A DNA stretch of 54,228 nt from Callorhinchus milii. Taxonomy: Eukaryota. Of the stretch, positions 1 to 11,629 are shown one piece after another. Made by a program: the position numbers and the translations under genes. Within the stretch, counting starts at the first letter, position 1. Each line of letters opens with the position of its first letter. Below the pieces are notes generated by a model. It searched no databases. It saw nothing but the letters and a program-made list of their open reading frames with translations, and had not been told where the DNA came from. Location: the NCBI RefSeq assembly GCF_018977255.1, contig NW_024705328.1, positions 1 to 54,228 on the forward strand, written 5' to 3'.

Positions 1-123
1 AGTCAATACCATATTTACCATGGGGATTGAGGAAAGCTGAAGTAAAAAAAAATCTGAATTTTAATTAAAAGATAATTCCATCACTTTTCGGTGTCCAGTG
101 GCCCATGGGCTCAGAGCAATGAG

Positions 124-582
124 CCAGGACCATTTAAATCCAGGATCATTGAAATCCAGGACCATTGAAATCTTGACCATTGCAATCCAGGTTAATTGAA
201 ATCCAGGACCATTGCAATCCAAGACAATTTAAATCCAGGACAATTAAATCTAGGAACATAGAAATCCAGGACCATCAAATCTAGGACCATTAAAATCTAG
301 GACCATTGAAATCCAGGACCATTGAAATCCAGGATCATTCAAATCTAGGACCATTAAAATCTAGGACCATTAAAATCTAGGAACATAGAAATCCAGGACC
401 ATTGAAATCCAAGACAATTGAAATCCAGGATCATTCAAATATAGGATCATTGAAATCCAGAACCATGAAATCCAGGACTATTCAAATCTAGGACCATTAC
501 AATCCAGGTTCATTGAAATCAAGGACCATTGCAATCCAGGATCATTAAAATCCAAGACAATTGAAATCCTTGGTTGAAATCT
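124..582. repeat. Minisatellite, ~16-bp unit (CCAGGACCATTGAAAT), roughly 28 degenerate copies
   Basis: Directly visible tandem variants: aaatccaggaccattg / aaatctaggaccatta / aaatccaggatcattc. Confidence 0.95.
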
Positions 583-1199
583 GGGCAGCCACGCATTATT
601 AAACCAGCTTCTCAGCTGTATCAAGCTTACGAAAAACAAAACACATGAATGTTTACTTTTCAAACAATTAGGCAAATTCTATGTCTTTGAACTGAAATGT
701 ATCCATTTGACAGCAACGCCGTGCTGCTTTCAAGCATTTCATAAAGTGTTCTGAGACGCCGGGGCATTAAACTGCTAAATTAATGAAAATTATATTCTGT
801 GAAGGTTGCACCATCGGGTGTTGTATAACAGGCCTATTGAGGGGGCAATGTGTTCTCGGGCTATTCTCTAACACGAGTGGATGCACTGCTCACTTGAGAC
901 AGAGCGAGTTCCAAGTAGAAATAGCTTCATCTCATGGCATGATGGCAAAAACACAACTGTAATAAAATTGAGGTATAAAAGGATCACGCAATTTAATTGA
1001 CTCAATGATTTCAACTTGGCTTGTGTTAAAAAATAATCCAAGTTTCCAGTTTGATGCTATAATTAGCCAGAATGGGAAGTTGGCTGAGCGGTCAACTCAC
1101 ACTTAGGCCTCTAAGTCAGCGGTGTAATTCCACATTCCAATGGCAAAAGCCACTATTACAATAGGATAACGACTTCTGTCTTCCCACAAAGTGATAATT

Positions 1200-1670
1200 C
1201 GGTTATCAACGGAGGAATATGATGGGTAGAGTTAACCGCTCCATGGGATTTCCAACTCACAAGTTGAACGTTCAATCGACACTGCCGTCTGCCTGGATAT
1301 CATATTTACACGTTAATATGAAATACGTTTCGAGCGTATGGATACAAAGTGTGGACGTTGACAGGCGATTTACCAGATCCACGTTTTGAATTGCACTATG
1401 CAACGGAAAGAACACGTGGAATAGGGAACACATTCGAGCCAACTTATTGAATGACAGAGTAAGTGGCTTGAGCAGGACACATCGTGGCAGGAAGGGTGTT
1501 GGCGGATTGATGAGACTCATGACAGAATGGGAGCCAAAACGTGAGGAGATGCAGTGGCAAGATGAACTCAAGTGCAGATTAGAACTAGATGGATTGTGGC
1601 ATTGCGAGTCCATTAAGGATGGTAATAGCATGGAGCGGGCATTCATCCAACAGTGGATATATTGTGGCTG
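1200..1670 (+). mobile_element. Highly decayed 3' end of an RTE-clade non-LTR retrotransposon
   Basis: Broken-frame motifs YGYKVWTL (~1338), EWEPKR..QWQDEL and ERAFIQQW (~1630-1655) resemble the RTE RT C-terminal pattern YGxETWTL / EWxPR..RWxD / EAFxQQW. Confidence 0.5.
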
Positions 1671-2865
1671 GATGATGAAGTTTAAAATATGAAAAGTGGA
1701 ATAGGACAAATGTGTAGTGGATGTGCATCAATATAAAGGTCAGCACTGTGCCGCTACTGTGCTAGACTGGATCCATTTTGCAATTTCAACAAGGAATCAT
1801 TTTGCATTTTAAATTGACATTTAATCAAGTGGGAATTATATCAATAATTAAAAAAATGAGATAAGAAATTCAATTTTTCTCGTGCCAACATTTTTGATTA
1901 ACTGTACATGTACGAATAATGAAAATCCAAAGTTAGATATATATTTTTTTACCGTGGGTATTACAGTTCTCTTTAACAGTAAACCACACAGGGGAGTGTT
2001 TAAAAAGAAAGTGGAATTTGTTTCTTAATAGGTAAATGTAATTACGGTATCTTTAGCTACAGCCTCGCTATTCAAGGCGATATGCGGGTCTTTTTTAGTC
2101 ATCAGAAGAAAAAAAAACCTGGCAAGTCCTATGAAGCACATAGATTAATTAACAGACAATTCAGTTATCGCATTTTTTATTTATGACAGTCTCTGAAGCG
2201 GCAATAAATTACATGTACACATACGCACGCACAGATAAATATGCGCGACATACTGAGTATGAATTCATAAGAAAATATGTTTGACCGAGCGAAGGTCAAA
2301 CAGTTTTGAGAAAGTGATATTAAAAGTGCACACAGGCTCGTACTTATTACCGTGCCTTATTTTAAAATAAAGTAATTTTCTACACATTATCATACCCCAG
2401 CATTAAAGCACTTGTTACATTACTGCACAGGCTTAAAAACCCCATAATCAATGGCCTTCAGTGGTGCTTATCTCCATTGGCGAACCTGAGCCGGTGATGA
2501 AAATTGTAACGCTTTATGGCAGAAGTTAGTTTCTCAATGGGACAAAACAATTCCGACTTCCCACCAAAGAAAGAAAAAAAGGTACTCTCCCTACAATAAT
2601 CACCTTCGAGGAAATGGACTAAATCGACCCTCGTCTGGAATCTTAACTCACGGACCTTCCGAATGCCGGCGCAATGCAACAATGCTTCCACTCGCCATTA
2701 GCATTTCAAATAAGACGGACGCCAAGGCTGTTATCCTCTCTTTCTTCCCTTCATTCGACTGCGCAGTGAATCCTAAATGAGTCTCAAGAATCATTCTAAG
2801 TTAGAAGAACGTTGCTTGAAATAATTGGATAATTCCTTTCTTTTGTAGAACATTTTAGTTTTTAC

Positions 2866-2960
2866 TCTTTGGTTCTTTCGGTAAAGTCACGTAGAAAGAA
2901 AATAAATTAAATAATAAAATACGACATTTTGATTGCAACACAAGCAATCGTCATCAGGTA
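2866..2960 (-). mobile_element. Diverged Penelope-like pLTR fragment with a degenerate hammerhead motif
   Basis: Shares ttggttctttcggtaaagtcacgtagaa with the 3470 and 16180 copies. Minus strand reads CTGATGA-C-GATTGC..GCAATC-AAAA-TGTC, with the GAAA core mutated to AAAA. Confidence 0.75.
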
Positions 2961-2969
2961 TAACTAAAT

Positions 2970-3070
2970 TTGAGAGAGAGGTAAAACACAGACACGGATA
3001 CACACAGACAGACACACAAGCAGAGAGAGACAACACAGAGACACACAGGAGAGACACACAACATAGACAC
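2970..3070. repeat. Degenerate CA/GA microsatellite
   Basis: Runs such as gagagagag and acacagacagacacacaagcagagagagacaacacagagacacac. Confidence 0.8.
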
Positions 3071-3432
3071 AAGATGACCCAGATGACACTAAAATGATAC
3101 ACAGATCAACAACCTTCTTGCTATACTGCCTCTTGCAAGCGTATGTCTCACAAATGCTCCATATTTGTGAGAAACGTTCTATTCGTAATTACGTTTTATT
3201 GTTTTTATTATTATCCGTAACGTTATCTACGCAATTTATTTCCTTAATTTGCTAGGCAGTACAGTATGTCCCATATCCGCCCTAACCAATAAACCGCCGA
3301 CACCCAGTGCAGTATTTGTGTACAGTGCAACTATAATTTTATATAAATGTTCACAAACCCATCTTGTCACACAGTAATGTGTTTTAACCTATTTTTATTT
3401 TACCAAGGTAAGGTCCACTAAGCTATACAGCT

Positions 3433-3648
3433 ATTTCGATTTAAAGCTTTCGTGACTGCAGGGATTCATCTTCTTGGTTCTTTCGGTAAAGTCACGTAGA
3501 AGGGAAGTAATAAAATAATAAAATAAAACATAATAAAATAATTCTCACGACGTTTCGGCCACAACGCAAGCAGCCGTCCTCAGGTGAAGACCAGGTCTGT
3601 CGGGAGACAGCGTCAGACTATGTGACTTTACCGAAAGAACCAAGAAGA
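3433..3648 (-). mobile_element. Penelope-like element remnant: pLTR plus short inverted 5' segment, 9-bp target site duplication (TSD) TATACAGCT
   Basis: Inverted repeat 3468-3499 / 3618-3649 (32 bp, 1 mismatch); TATACAGCT at 3424-3432 and 3649-3657; internal hammerhead motif. Confidence 0.8.
3541..3590 (-). ncRNA. Minimal type I hammerhead ribozyme motif
   Basis: Minus strand TTCAC-CTGAGGA-C-GGCTGC-ttgcgtt-GTGGCC-GAAACGTC-GTGAG: CUGANGA and GAAA cores, stem II, palindromic ACGT stem III, GUC cleavage triplet, stem I TTCAC/GTGAG. Confidence 0.8.
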
Positions 3649-5257
3649 TATACAGCTCTTTTTTTAAGAAGCGACCTGGCTATCACAAATGATAGCTCAA
3701 CGAAGTGGCTTGTCACGTGGAGATGTATAGCAGCCAAATACGCTAAACGCTCCTGCCGTGTCAAGTGGAACTTTCCTCGCGAGCTCAGGATCGCCGGCGG
3801 AGATTCAAGCCGCCCCGTACTCACTCGAGCGGGAGACGCTTTGATGGAAATTTGATCAATCCCAATCATAAACGTTTCATGTATTAAATAGCCAAGATTG
3901 AAGCTAGCACACGCCACAAATAACCGGCGCCGCGGTGATGTGGGAGGAAAAATTGCCACATCTAGAGCTGCTGGTATCTAACCTTTAATGTGATCACCCC
4001 GGCATAATCTCAACATGCGTGTTTTTTGTTCAATAGTCCATCACAGAGAAAAATTAATTTTTCATGGCGAGAAAGGCCTTTGCGCGCGCTATTGATCGAC
4101 GGCACAATTTTATTTGGCGCTGGCTGCCCCTATCCTGCTGCCTCCCCTGTTTCCACAAAGAGGAGACACAAATTTGCCGATTCCCTTCTGTGGCCGTGGC
4201 AACTGTGGTGAGAAAAAAAAGTCGCGTCTCCAGCAGCGATGCAGGTGTGGAACAGGTGATTAATTGGGATGCTCGCTTGGCTCTGCTCAATAACCGGGAA
4301 ATTCCCTCTGGAAAACAAATCACACAAAGCCCCCGGACATTAATGGCATCGTGGATGTATCTCACTTCCTGTTTTATCTTGTCGCATATTTGTACCGCGT
4401 TTCATAAGCACCAAAATAAAGCCCGATCTGCAGATGCACAAGGTCGCGTTGGCGTTACTCAACGTAATGGTGTGAACTTCAACAAACCGCAGTGACCAGT
4501 GCCCGAGTATTGGATGAGGCTGATTAACTGTTGCTATATACAGTAGTCAAATATATTAAAAGAACTGTGACATTTACCGCATTTTTTCTGGATCCCTCTG
4601 CTGGAATCGTTAGCTTTATCGAGATGGTCCAGTTATTCGCATGTAACAATGGATATATTTTACCAATTAAAGTCAATTATATCCCACGTGTTACATGCAT
4701 TGAAATGTGTGCGTGACAATGTATTATGTAACCCGAAAACCTTTATTATGAATAATATTGGTCGCGAAAGCATACGTGTTAAACTAGCATACCAATTCCG
4801 TAATGAAGTAACATACATGCTAATAGTGTCAATAAAACTACATTAAACAAGATCAATTTATTTAGAAACAATGCAAATTAGGTGATGAAAACGAGACCAT
4901 AAATAAGTAATATACCCCTGAATGTAACTGTCACTCTGTATTGTGGCAATTCATCGACGAGGTGGGGCATGAATCTCTAAATGCCTGCCAGTTTTGGTAA
5001 CATTTCTAAAAAAAATCTTATTTTGCTCTTGGCATCATTTCATGAGATGTATGTCCATTTTGGACGGCTTGAAAATTTCGCGATGAGAACAGCCCCAGTT
5101 GCGGAGACATAACTACTTTTGAAGGCCCTAAATAAGCACCTTATCGGCACACGCTGTCACACATTTTGAAACGGCTTTCATATAATGTTCTTTACTTGGT
5201 AAACATACTAAAATCTGGAAACTTCAAAGTTGCAATACCAAAAATTGAGTGCTTTCT

Positions 5258-5507
5258 TTTTGTATTTTATCAGGTAAGGCCCACCGAGCTATCTAGCTCC
5301 TGTTTCAGAAGCGACCTGGCCACAAATTAGAGCTCAACAAAGCTGCTTATCACGTGGAAATTTAGAGCGGCCAAATACTCTAAATGCACGTTTCTAAATT
5401 TTGAAGGAAAAATCCAAGCAACCACGGGGAGAACACACAAACTCCATAGAACCCATGACCTCCTGTATACCAGGTGAGGTAGTTACCATCTCGCTACGTG
5501 GTGCCCC
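5258..5507 (-). mobile_element. tRNA-derived V-SINE-like element (family 2), internally deleted
   Basis: Reverse complement matches 47541-47845: head ggggcaccacgtagcgagatggtaactac, core ggagtttgtgtgttctccccgtgg, tail cctgataaaata. Confidence 0.8.
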
Positions 5508-5509
5508 AT

Positions 5510-6250
5510 TCAAGTTATTTAGTGTCACACATCTCTAACCCAGTGCTTTGGAGCCAATGGTTGGTGGTTCACATAGATTGTGATGCTACCAGCCCGTTGG
5601 GCTGCAAGGTGGCCAAGAAATGGCATCACAAAATACAGATTTTTGATTCTGTGTGGCTCTTTCGGTCGTATTATCTCTTGGATTTATTTGTAGGCATGGA
5701 TTTTTTATGGTCCTACAGTTACCTCACACATGTATAACACTCTTTAGAATGGAATTGGCCAAACAGCCTTTGCACAAAATTCTACTGCAGAAATGGGTCC
5801 CGTTGCTCAGCAAGGCTTTACTGGATACATGTGACATGATTATTATTGATTTGTTGTTTTGTGTGTGTGTAGTCATTGGTGACCAGTTCGAGACCACAAA
5901 TTCCCTGCATTTGAAGAGCCTTGTTTAATCATGGATAGTTGCCTGGTTTGAACCCAGCATCTCGGTAAAGATCCCCTTGGCTAACACCTCCCTGCTGAAG
6001 CGTTTTCATCCCGTGCTTCCACACCACTCCATCAGTGCGGTGCCTGCAATTTATCTGTTCAAAAACCCAGCGCACTAATCCCAGTCGCAGGTCAACAAAG
6101 CCCAACGTTCCCCGTGGGGATGATGAGCTCCACGGATTCACATCATGCGAATGTAAACAGCAGCCGCCCCAACGGATAAACTGTCCCTGCCACAGCAGTG
6201 TGGAATCTCCAACTCTGGAGCAGAGCTTGAACATCGCTTGTTTAAGCACG
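5510..6250 (-). mobile_element. Possible ancient L1/Tx1-type ORF2 relic
   Basis: Only weak motif resemblance: PRGTLGFVDL (GGLGLxDL-like) and CAKAVW (zf-RVT-like); frames are broken. Confidence 0.25.
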
Positions 6251-7510
6251 GCATTGCTGATTTTAAAACGATAGCAATGCAGTGAGAATTATAACGCACT
6301 GCAAAATCACAAACATCAAAAGCAACATATTTTCACTGTGTTCAATGATTCATGAGAGCAAAGGGATTGAGGAGAGAATGTAAAGAAGGCCGCCTGGGTC
6401 AAGCGATCACTTACATCCGTTTATTTTAAAGCTATTTATGGAGAAGACTATCTTTAACCTTAAAAAGTCGAGCAGGCGTTATCTTAAGTCTTGCATTCAC
6501 CTATTGACCTTACATAGCATTTGAAATATGTGGATTTGGAGGATTTAAATAGAATCGACAGAGACAGTTCAATTTAGATTGTCACGACGATATATTCACG
6601 AATGTTTGCTGGGATTCCAACTCATAACCTCCTGCATAAGGAGCCAGTGCTCAGTCATTGAACCATCCCTCCCACACAATCTCTGCACCCGTTCAAGCGC
6701 CGCTGAGTGTATACAATGTGCGGTCAATACGCAAGGCTCGCGGGGTATGCGTTCGCACGTATTAAGCGGCCGCATTGGCATGCTGCCAGCGTGCCTGGAT
6801 GGAAGAAGTCTCCAACCAATGCATACTGATGGGTGCGATATATATGGATTGGGGAAACAGGGTCACTGACTGAGAACCATGGCAAGATGCACGCGACGCA
6901 TCTCTGTGATGAGACGCAACGATCAGAAGCGAACGCTAATGAAGGACCGCGTTCCGTTTGGCGAAGATCAACAACGACAACCGCCAAAGTGAATCGCATT
7001 GTGTAGAATTAAGCACGAGAAGAGATCGCAGACGATGAACAAAATGAATGAGAAACACCGAGTTGAGAGCACGGCTGAGGGGCAGGAGGGTCAGGGAAAC
7101 GTGTAGAAGAGATGACGCATCTCTACAAGTCGTGTCCAGATTATGAAGTAAAAGTACACAAGCACTTGTCACAAGTCTGCAAGGTGTCCAGTATGTACGC
7201 ATTTATGTTCAACTTCTTTTGCACCGCACTTGGCCAACCGTGCCAATCGGAGTACAAAACGCATGCAGGGTATTGTAATATCGGCACCAGCCTTTTGTTT
7301 AGCATTTAATGAGTCTGTCAAAAGTATTGATTGTATGGTTTGTACGAGCAGCATGCTCATCTGCACAGTGACTCACTCGGTTAATTAAAATTGGAACCAT
7401 CAGGCAGATCAACACGTGGTAATGGCCAGCTTGTGCAATAGTCAGAGCAATTTACTGAAATTAAAATACATATCCCTGCCCCGGTAAACACCCAACCGAA
7501 CATCGCTCTA

Positions 7511-8005
7511 TGATAGTAGGTTTTTCCCCTTTTTTCTGGCAACAAAACAGGTGTAAAATGTTAAAACACCGAACTGAAACCTTTTACAAGGAATCATGTC
7601 TGCATTATCCACAATGCTTGTGGTCAGAATGCAAATAAAAACATACTCTGATAATATATATAAAAAAAGGGGAAACATCTATATCATATTTTGGTACTGG
7701 CCAAGGAGGTCCCATGATGTAGATGCTCACCCGAGCTCTAATTAATCTGATAGTGCGTTGTCTTTGGCGTCCTCTGGTCTAACACCGTTTGAGACGAGGC
7801 TCAAAAGAAAGCTGTCTCTGGTGTGGACCAATCAGTTTCAAGGACAATGCATATCACCACAAGCATTGTGGTTAATGCGGACATGATTCCTTGTAAAAGG
7901 TTTCAGTTTGGTGTTTTAACATCTTAACACCTGTTTTGTTGCCAGAAAAAAGGGAAAAAACCTATCATCATATTTTGCTACTGGCAAAGGAGATCCCATG
8001 ATGTG
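7511..8005. repeat. ~115-bp inverted repeat (7511-7624 / 7856-7970) overlapping a ~60-bp direct repeat (7662-7720 / 7946-8005)
   Basis: tttttctggcaacaaaacaggtgt...acaatgcttgtggt is the near reverse complement of accacaagcattgt...acacctgttttgttgccagaaaaa; tcatattttg(g/c)tactggc(c/a)aaggag(g/a)tcccatgatgt occurs twice. Confidence 0.9.
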
Positions 8006-8265
8006 CATCCCACCATGGTTAATAAAATCAGTACGACTTGGAGGAAAATCAACAGTGGCTCTCTGACGGAGAAACTGGCCCTATCATGGGAGCAATATAA
8101 ATAATGGTGTTAACATTTGAATGTTGTTACTCGCCAAACAGTATTCTCTAACTCTCACACGGAGACAATGACCGAGATGAGCGAGGAACTGTCGACAAGC
8201 GGGAAGGCAGTCACACGGCGAGTCAGCTACAACAATTGCCCGAGCTCTGGTGGAGTCCACATTTT

Positions 8266-8415
8266 TTGCTGTACTGCCTTCTCTGGGCGAGCCAGGGTAT
8301 AGCTCCTCCTCGGACGCCCCATGGGAAGGAAGTTTCGCAACACGTGTGTGCGATCCACCAACCAACCATCACTACCTCCACAGTGCTGGATTACGGGTTG
8401 CTTGCGTAGCCACCG
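8266..8415. repeat. Dispersed repeat (family 3), copy 1
   Basis: ctgccttctc..ggcgagccagggtat..gacgccc(c)atgggaagg..acctccacagtgctgga recurs at 45457-45590. Confidence 0.85.
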
Positions 8416-10159
8416 TTGCCTAAAATGTGGAAATTCTACCACAGTCTCAGGGTTGCCAACAGAGATGAGCACCATCTCGGTTTGGTGATAAAAATGTCCA
8501 CACATTTTTGCCAATACAACCTTTTTTTTGAAGCCACAAATTATGAGAATAGTGGATTCTCTGGATGCTTGCTTAAGACCTGGAGATTTTGGGTTCAGGT
8601 AGTTTGCCCTGTTTATTTTTGTAAAATAATATTTCGGAGATGAAGATTTCACCGAATGTCAAATTTCAACGTTGGAAAGTTTTTATACAATCATAATACA
8701 CTAATTGGAATTTGAAAAATGTCTTCCGACTGAGCCCCGACTCAGGGACCATGAGCATTGCCCTTCAATTCGTGAACATATTTCATAGACACTCCACCGT
8801 ATGCGGTGGTGATACACAGACACACTTAATAGAATGCAATCTTCGTTCCAAGAAAATACATTAGAAACACACACACACACACGTATGTATTAATATTTAT
8901 GAAAATACGCCTGAAGTTACTAATGTGAGAGACACAGAGAATAACGGTAACGTACATACGAAATTAAACATGATGAACCATTATGGAATTAAATGTGATG
9001 AACCATTATGAATATGTGAAAATCTTTATCACCAATGTCTCACCCTGTACACGCTCTGCTGATACTTTACGCACAAACCACTGGAATCCACAACAATTTA
9101 TGAGCATGGCTGGATTTACGCGGTAGGGGGGGAGCTTTTGGACCACAGCCGGGGGGCTCGAATATTGAGGGCCCCCCAGAAATATATCTCCCGCTTCGTA
9201 ATGGTTGAAATGCAACACTGTGGCACTATGATACATCCTACAGTTGAATTTGGTAATTAGGGCCATGGCATCACTCTTTGTGTTATATCCACGACTACCG
9301 GTTATGGGCCACAATTAAAGTCGTTTGTTAATTTAATGGAGATGTAGCTCTGCAATTTGTACATCACGTTTAAAACTTTAGAGCTGAATAAAGCCAAAAG
9401 CCAACAGCAGAGGAGTGTTCGGCATAAACAAAACTCGAATGGCCCGAGGCCTTTAGCAGGCATCACCCAGCCCTGGCTAATACGTGTCTTTGCTCGATGC
9501 GAATGGATAATATATGGTTTAACGTTTATTGATTACGGCTTAAATGAGCAATGTTGTCCGGTGGCAAACACCAATGTACAAAATATGAACGTATCACATT
9601 TAAAGTGGCAAAACTTATCACACGTCCAGCTTATTACATTGGCTACCTATCAAACATAGGCATGTTTACAAACTATGCCTACTTGTCTCCGAGAGTCTGC
9701 ACCCAATCCACTCCATCGTCTCTTGCCGAGCAGTGCACAGTTTTGAGCCTCAACGGACTCCAATCGATGCTGTCTACAATCCACATGCCACGCAGATCCT
9801 GCTGCTGCTGCTGCCCGCACAGAGCAAACCTTGTGCGGTCATACGGCCAACGTGGTTTCACCGGGGTCTCTGACCCGGACACCTGGAACCAGCTACCGTC
9901 GGCAGTTCTTTGGGATCCCATGCTCGAGTGTGAGCTCGTTTTGTGACAGACTTAAAATGGCGTTGTTTCAAAGAGCCTACTCTGTGTGATCAACGCGTGG
10001 CATTCGTGATGGACTGGACGAACACGTGTGCGCGATAACAAGCGTTCAGAATTATTCGAAATGTAAATTAATTAACGTGAATGTCGGTTGTAAAATCCTC
10101 CATTACCTCACGGGGAGACCTTGTTCCAATCATTGGCTGTTTGATATGCAAACACAAAG

Positions 10160-10425
10160 ACAAAGATCCCCCTATAGCATTAACAGACTTTTGGGGCAAG
10201 TGCTGTTAGCGAGCACCTATGAAGATCGTCACGGAAGCCAAGTGGGTGGGTGACCACCACCACGTCCGGGTGCCTTTTTCTCCCTAGTGGCGATGTTTAC
10301 ACATCGTAGCAGGTACTAATTTGAGGCTGAGTCGACCTTGCAGAGGACCAGGACCGGTTCAGATAATGGCCACTAGTGTCGGTCATTCACAGCGGAGCGC
10401 GCTAACCGCTACCCCACCGCTCCCC
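10160..10425 (-). mobile_element. tRNA-derived SINE (family 1), B-box region deleted
   Basis: Aligns with 44224-44519 and 50170-50468; plus-strand core aggtactaatttgaggctgagtcgacc. Confidence 0.9.
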
Positions 10426-10473
10426 AGCACCACACACACACAGACACACGTGTACGCACACGTGCGCGCGTAC

Positions 10474-10677
10474 CTTGAGATGCTGCAGCTCGCCCGAGTG
10501 CAGGCTGTCCACGTACTCCTGCAGCTGCACCAGGCCGTAGGTGCTCTCCGCCAGGCCCGTGGCGCGCTCCACCACCGCCTCGTACCGCGCGCACACCTCG
10601 CGGTTGAACCTCTCCGAGGCGGAGGCCGCGTGGCCGCCGATGACCGTGGCCAGCTTCCGAGCACGCTCTGTCAGCCA
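10474..10677 (-). CDS. Internal coding exon (204 bp, phase 0/0), probable axonemal dynein heavy chain N-terminal tail region
   Basis: Acceptor ccttggtgtcctccgcag| and donor AAG|gtacgc; very high GC3. Translation WLTERARKLATVIGGHAASASERFNREVCARYEAVVERATGLAESTYGLVQLQEYVDSLHSGELQHLK fits the inner-arm DNAH pattern L..RA..L...N..IC..YE.I.....T.ELV.L.EY. The paralog cannot be determined. Confidence 0.75.
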
Positions 10678-11436
10678 CTGCGGAGGACACCAAGGGGCAG
10701 CGCCGGGCGGAGGCTAAGCACGATCGCTCTCCCCCGTGCCTTCACCTGACAAAACTAAATTTACAGTGATTTCCTACTCGAATGAGCATACAGCCCTGAG
10801 CCAACGGTGACAATTCTACGTTGCTATGACTTCAGTAGGGCTGCAGTGATTCGCACACTGCACTCTCAGCCATTCCTAGTCCCAGCAAACATCAGAGGCG
10901 AATCAACATCTTTACTGATGCTGGGCACTCGCCTCCACCAACTCACACTGATCAGCATGGTGAAGTATGGTCAAACGACCCTTCACAAGTGATGCACCTT
11001 GTGAGGACCTTCGTCCAGAAGTGAAATGAAAAAAGGGCAGCATATTATTTATATACTTATTGTGTGTAACAGATGAAAATATTTTACCGTGATTGCCACT
11101 TTAATGTTGCTGTTTGGGGTGGCTGGGTGGCTCGGGGAGTTAATGTCCGTGTCAGATCACTGAATCCACGGTGATGAGATCTTGCGCTCAAATTCAGGCA
11201 GGTGCCTGTGATTAAACCACGTTCTCAAGTGTGGTGAGCTCGCCGTCACAGGCTGTTTACCAATGAATCGACAAAACCCCATCAAATACATTTTTTATTT
11301 TTCACTTAAATGGGACTTGCGCATGGCAAATATGTTCAAGAGCTAAATGCTAATGTCGAGGTCTGCTAGCCGAGAGAGGGCTTCAGACGAAAAGTTTGTC
11401 TGTTCCTCCTCCGTCGAAGGAATGCAGATTACAGTG

Positions 11437-11480
11437 GTTTAGTATGTGGCCCATTGTTTAGTATGTGGCCCATTGTTTAG
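11437..11480. repeat. 19-bp tandem duplication
   Basis: gtttagtatgtggcccatt x2 followed by gtttag. Confidence 0.9.
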
Positions 11481-11629
11481 GTTACATGACCACAGTTGCA
11501 CTGCTATGGCTTGTCATTAATTTTCCGTTCATAAAGGAGATGTGCGCATCGGCCTGCTGATATTATGATGTGATTGACAGTTACACCGGTGTCTGTTTAG
11601 ACTAAAACAGTGAATAAAGAGACCTATAA

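Larger units (their letters stand above)
3391..3752 (-). mobile_element. 3' part of a V-SINE-like element (family 2), split by a Penelope-like insertion
   Basis: 3391-3432 joined to 3649-3752 aligns colinearly with the copies at 5260-5390, 47700-47845 (inverse) and 52400-52530. Confidence 0.8.

Noticed and set aside
478..675. 65-aa ORF overlapping the minisatellite
   Set aside because: Partly a product of the tandem repeat; no coding signal.
7788..7820. Hammerhead-like gagacgagg..gaaagctgtc in the fold-back spacer
   Set aside because: No CUGANGA core and no stem II.
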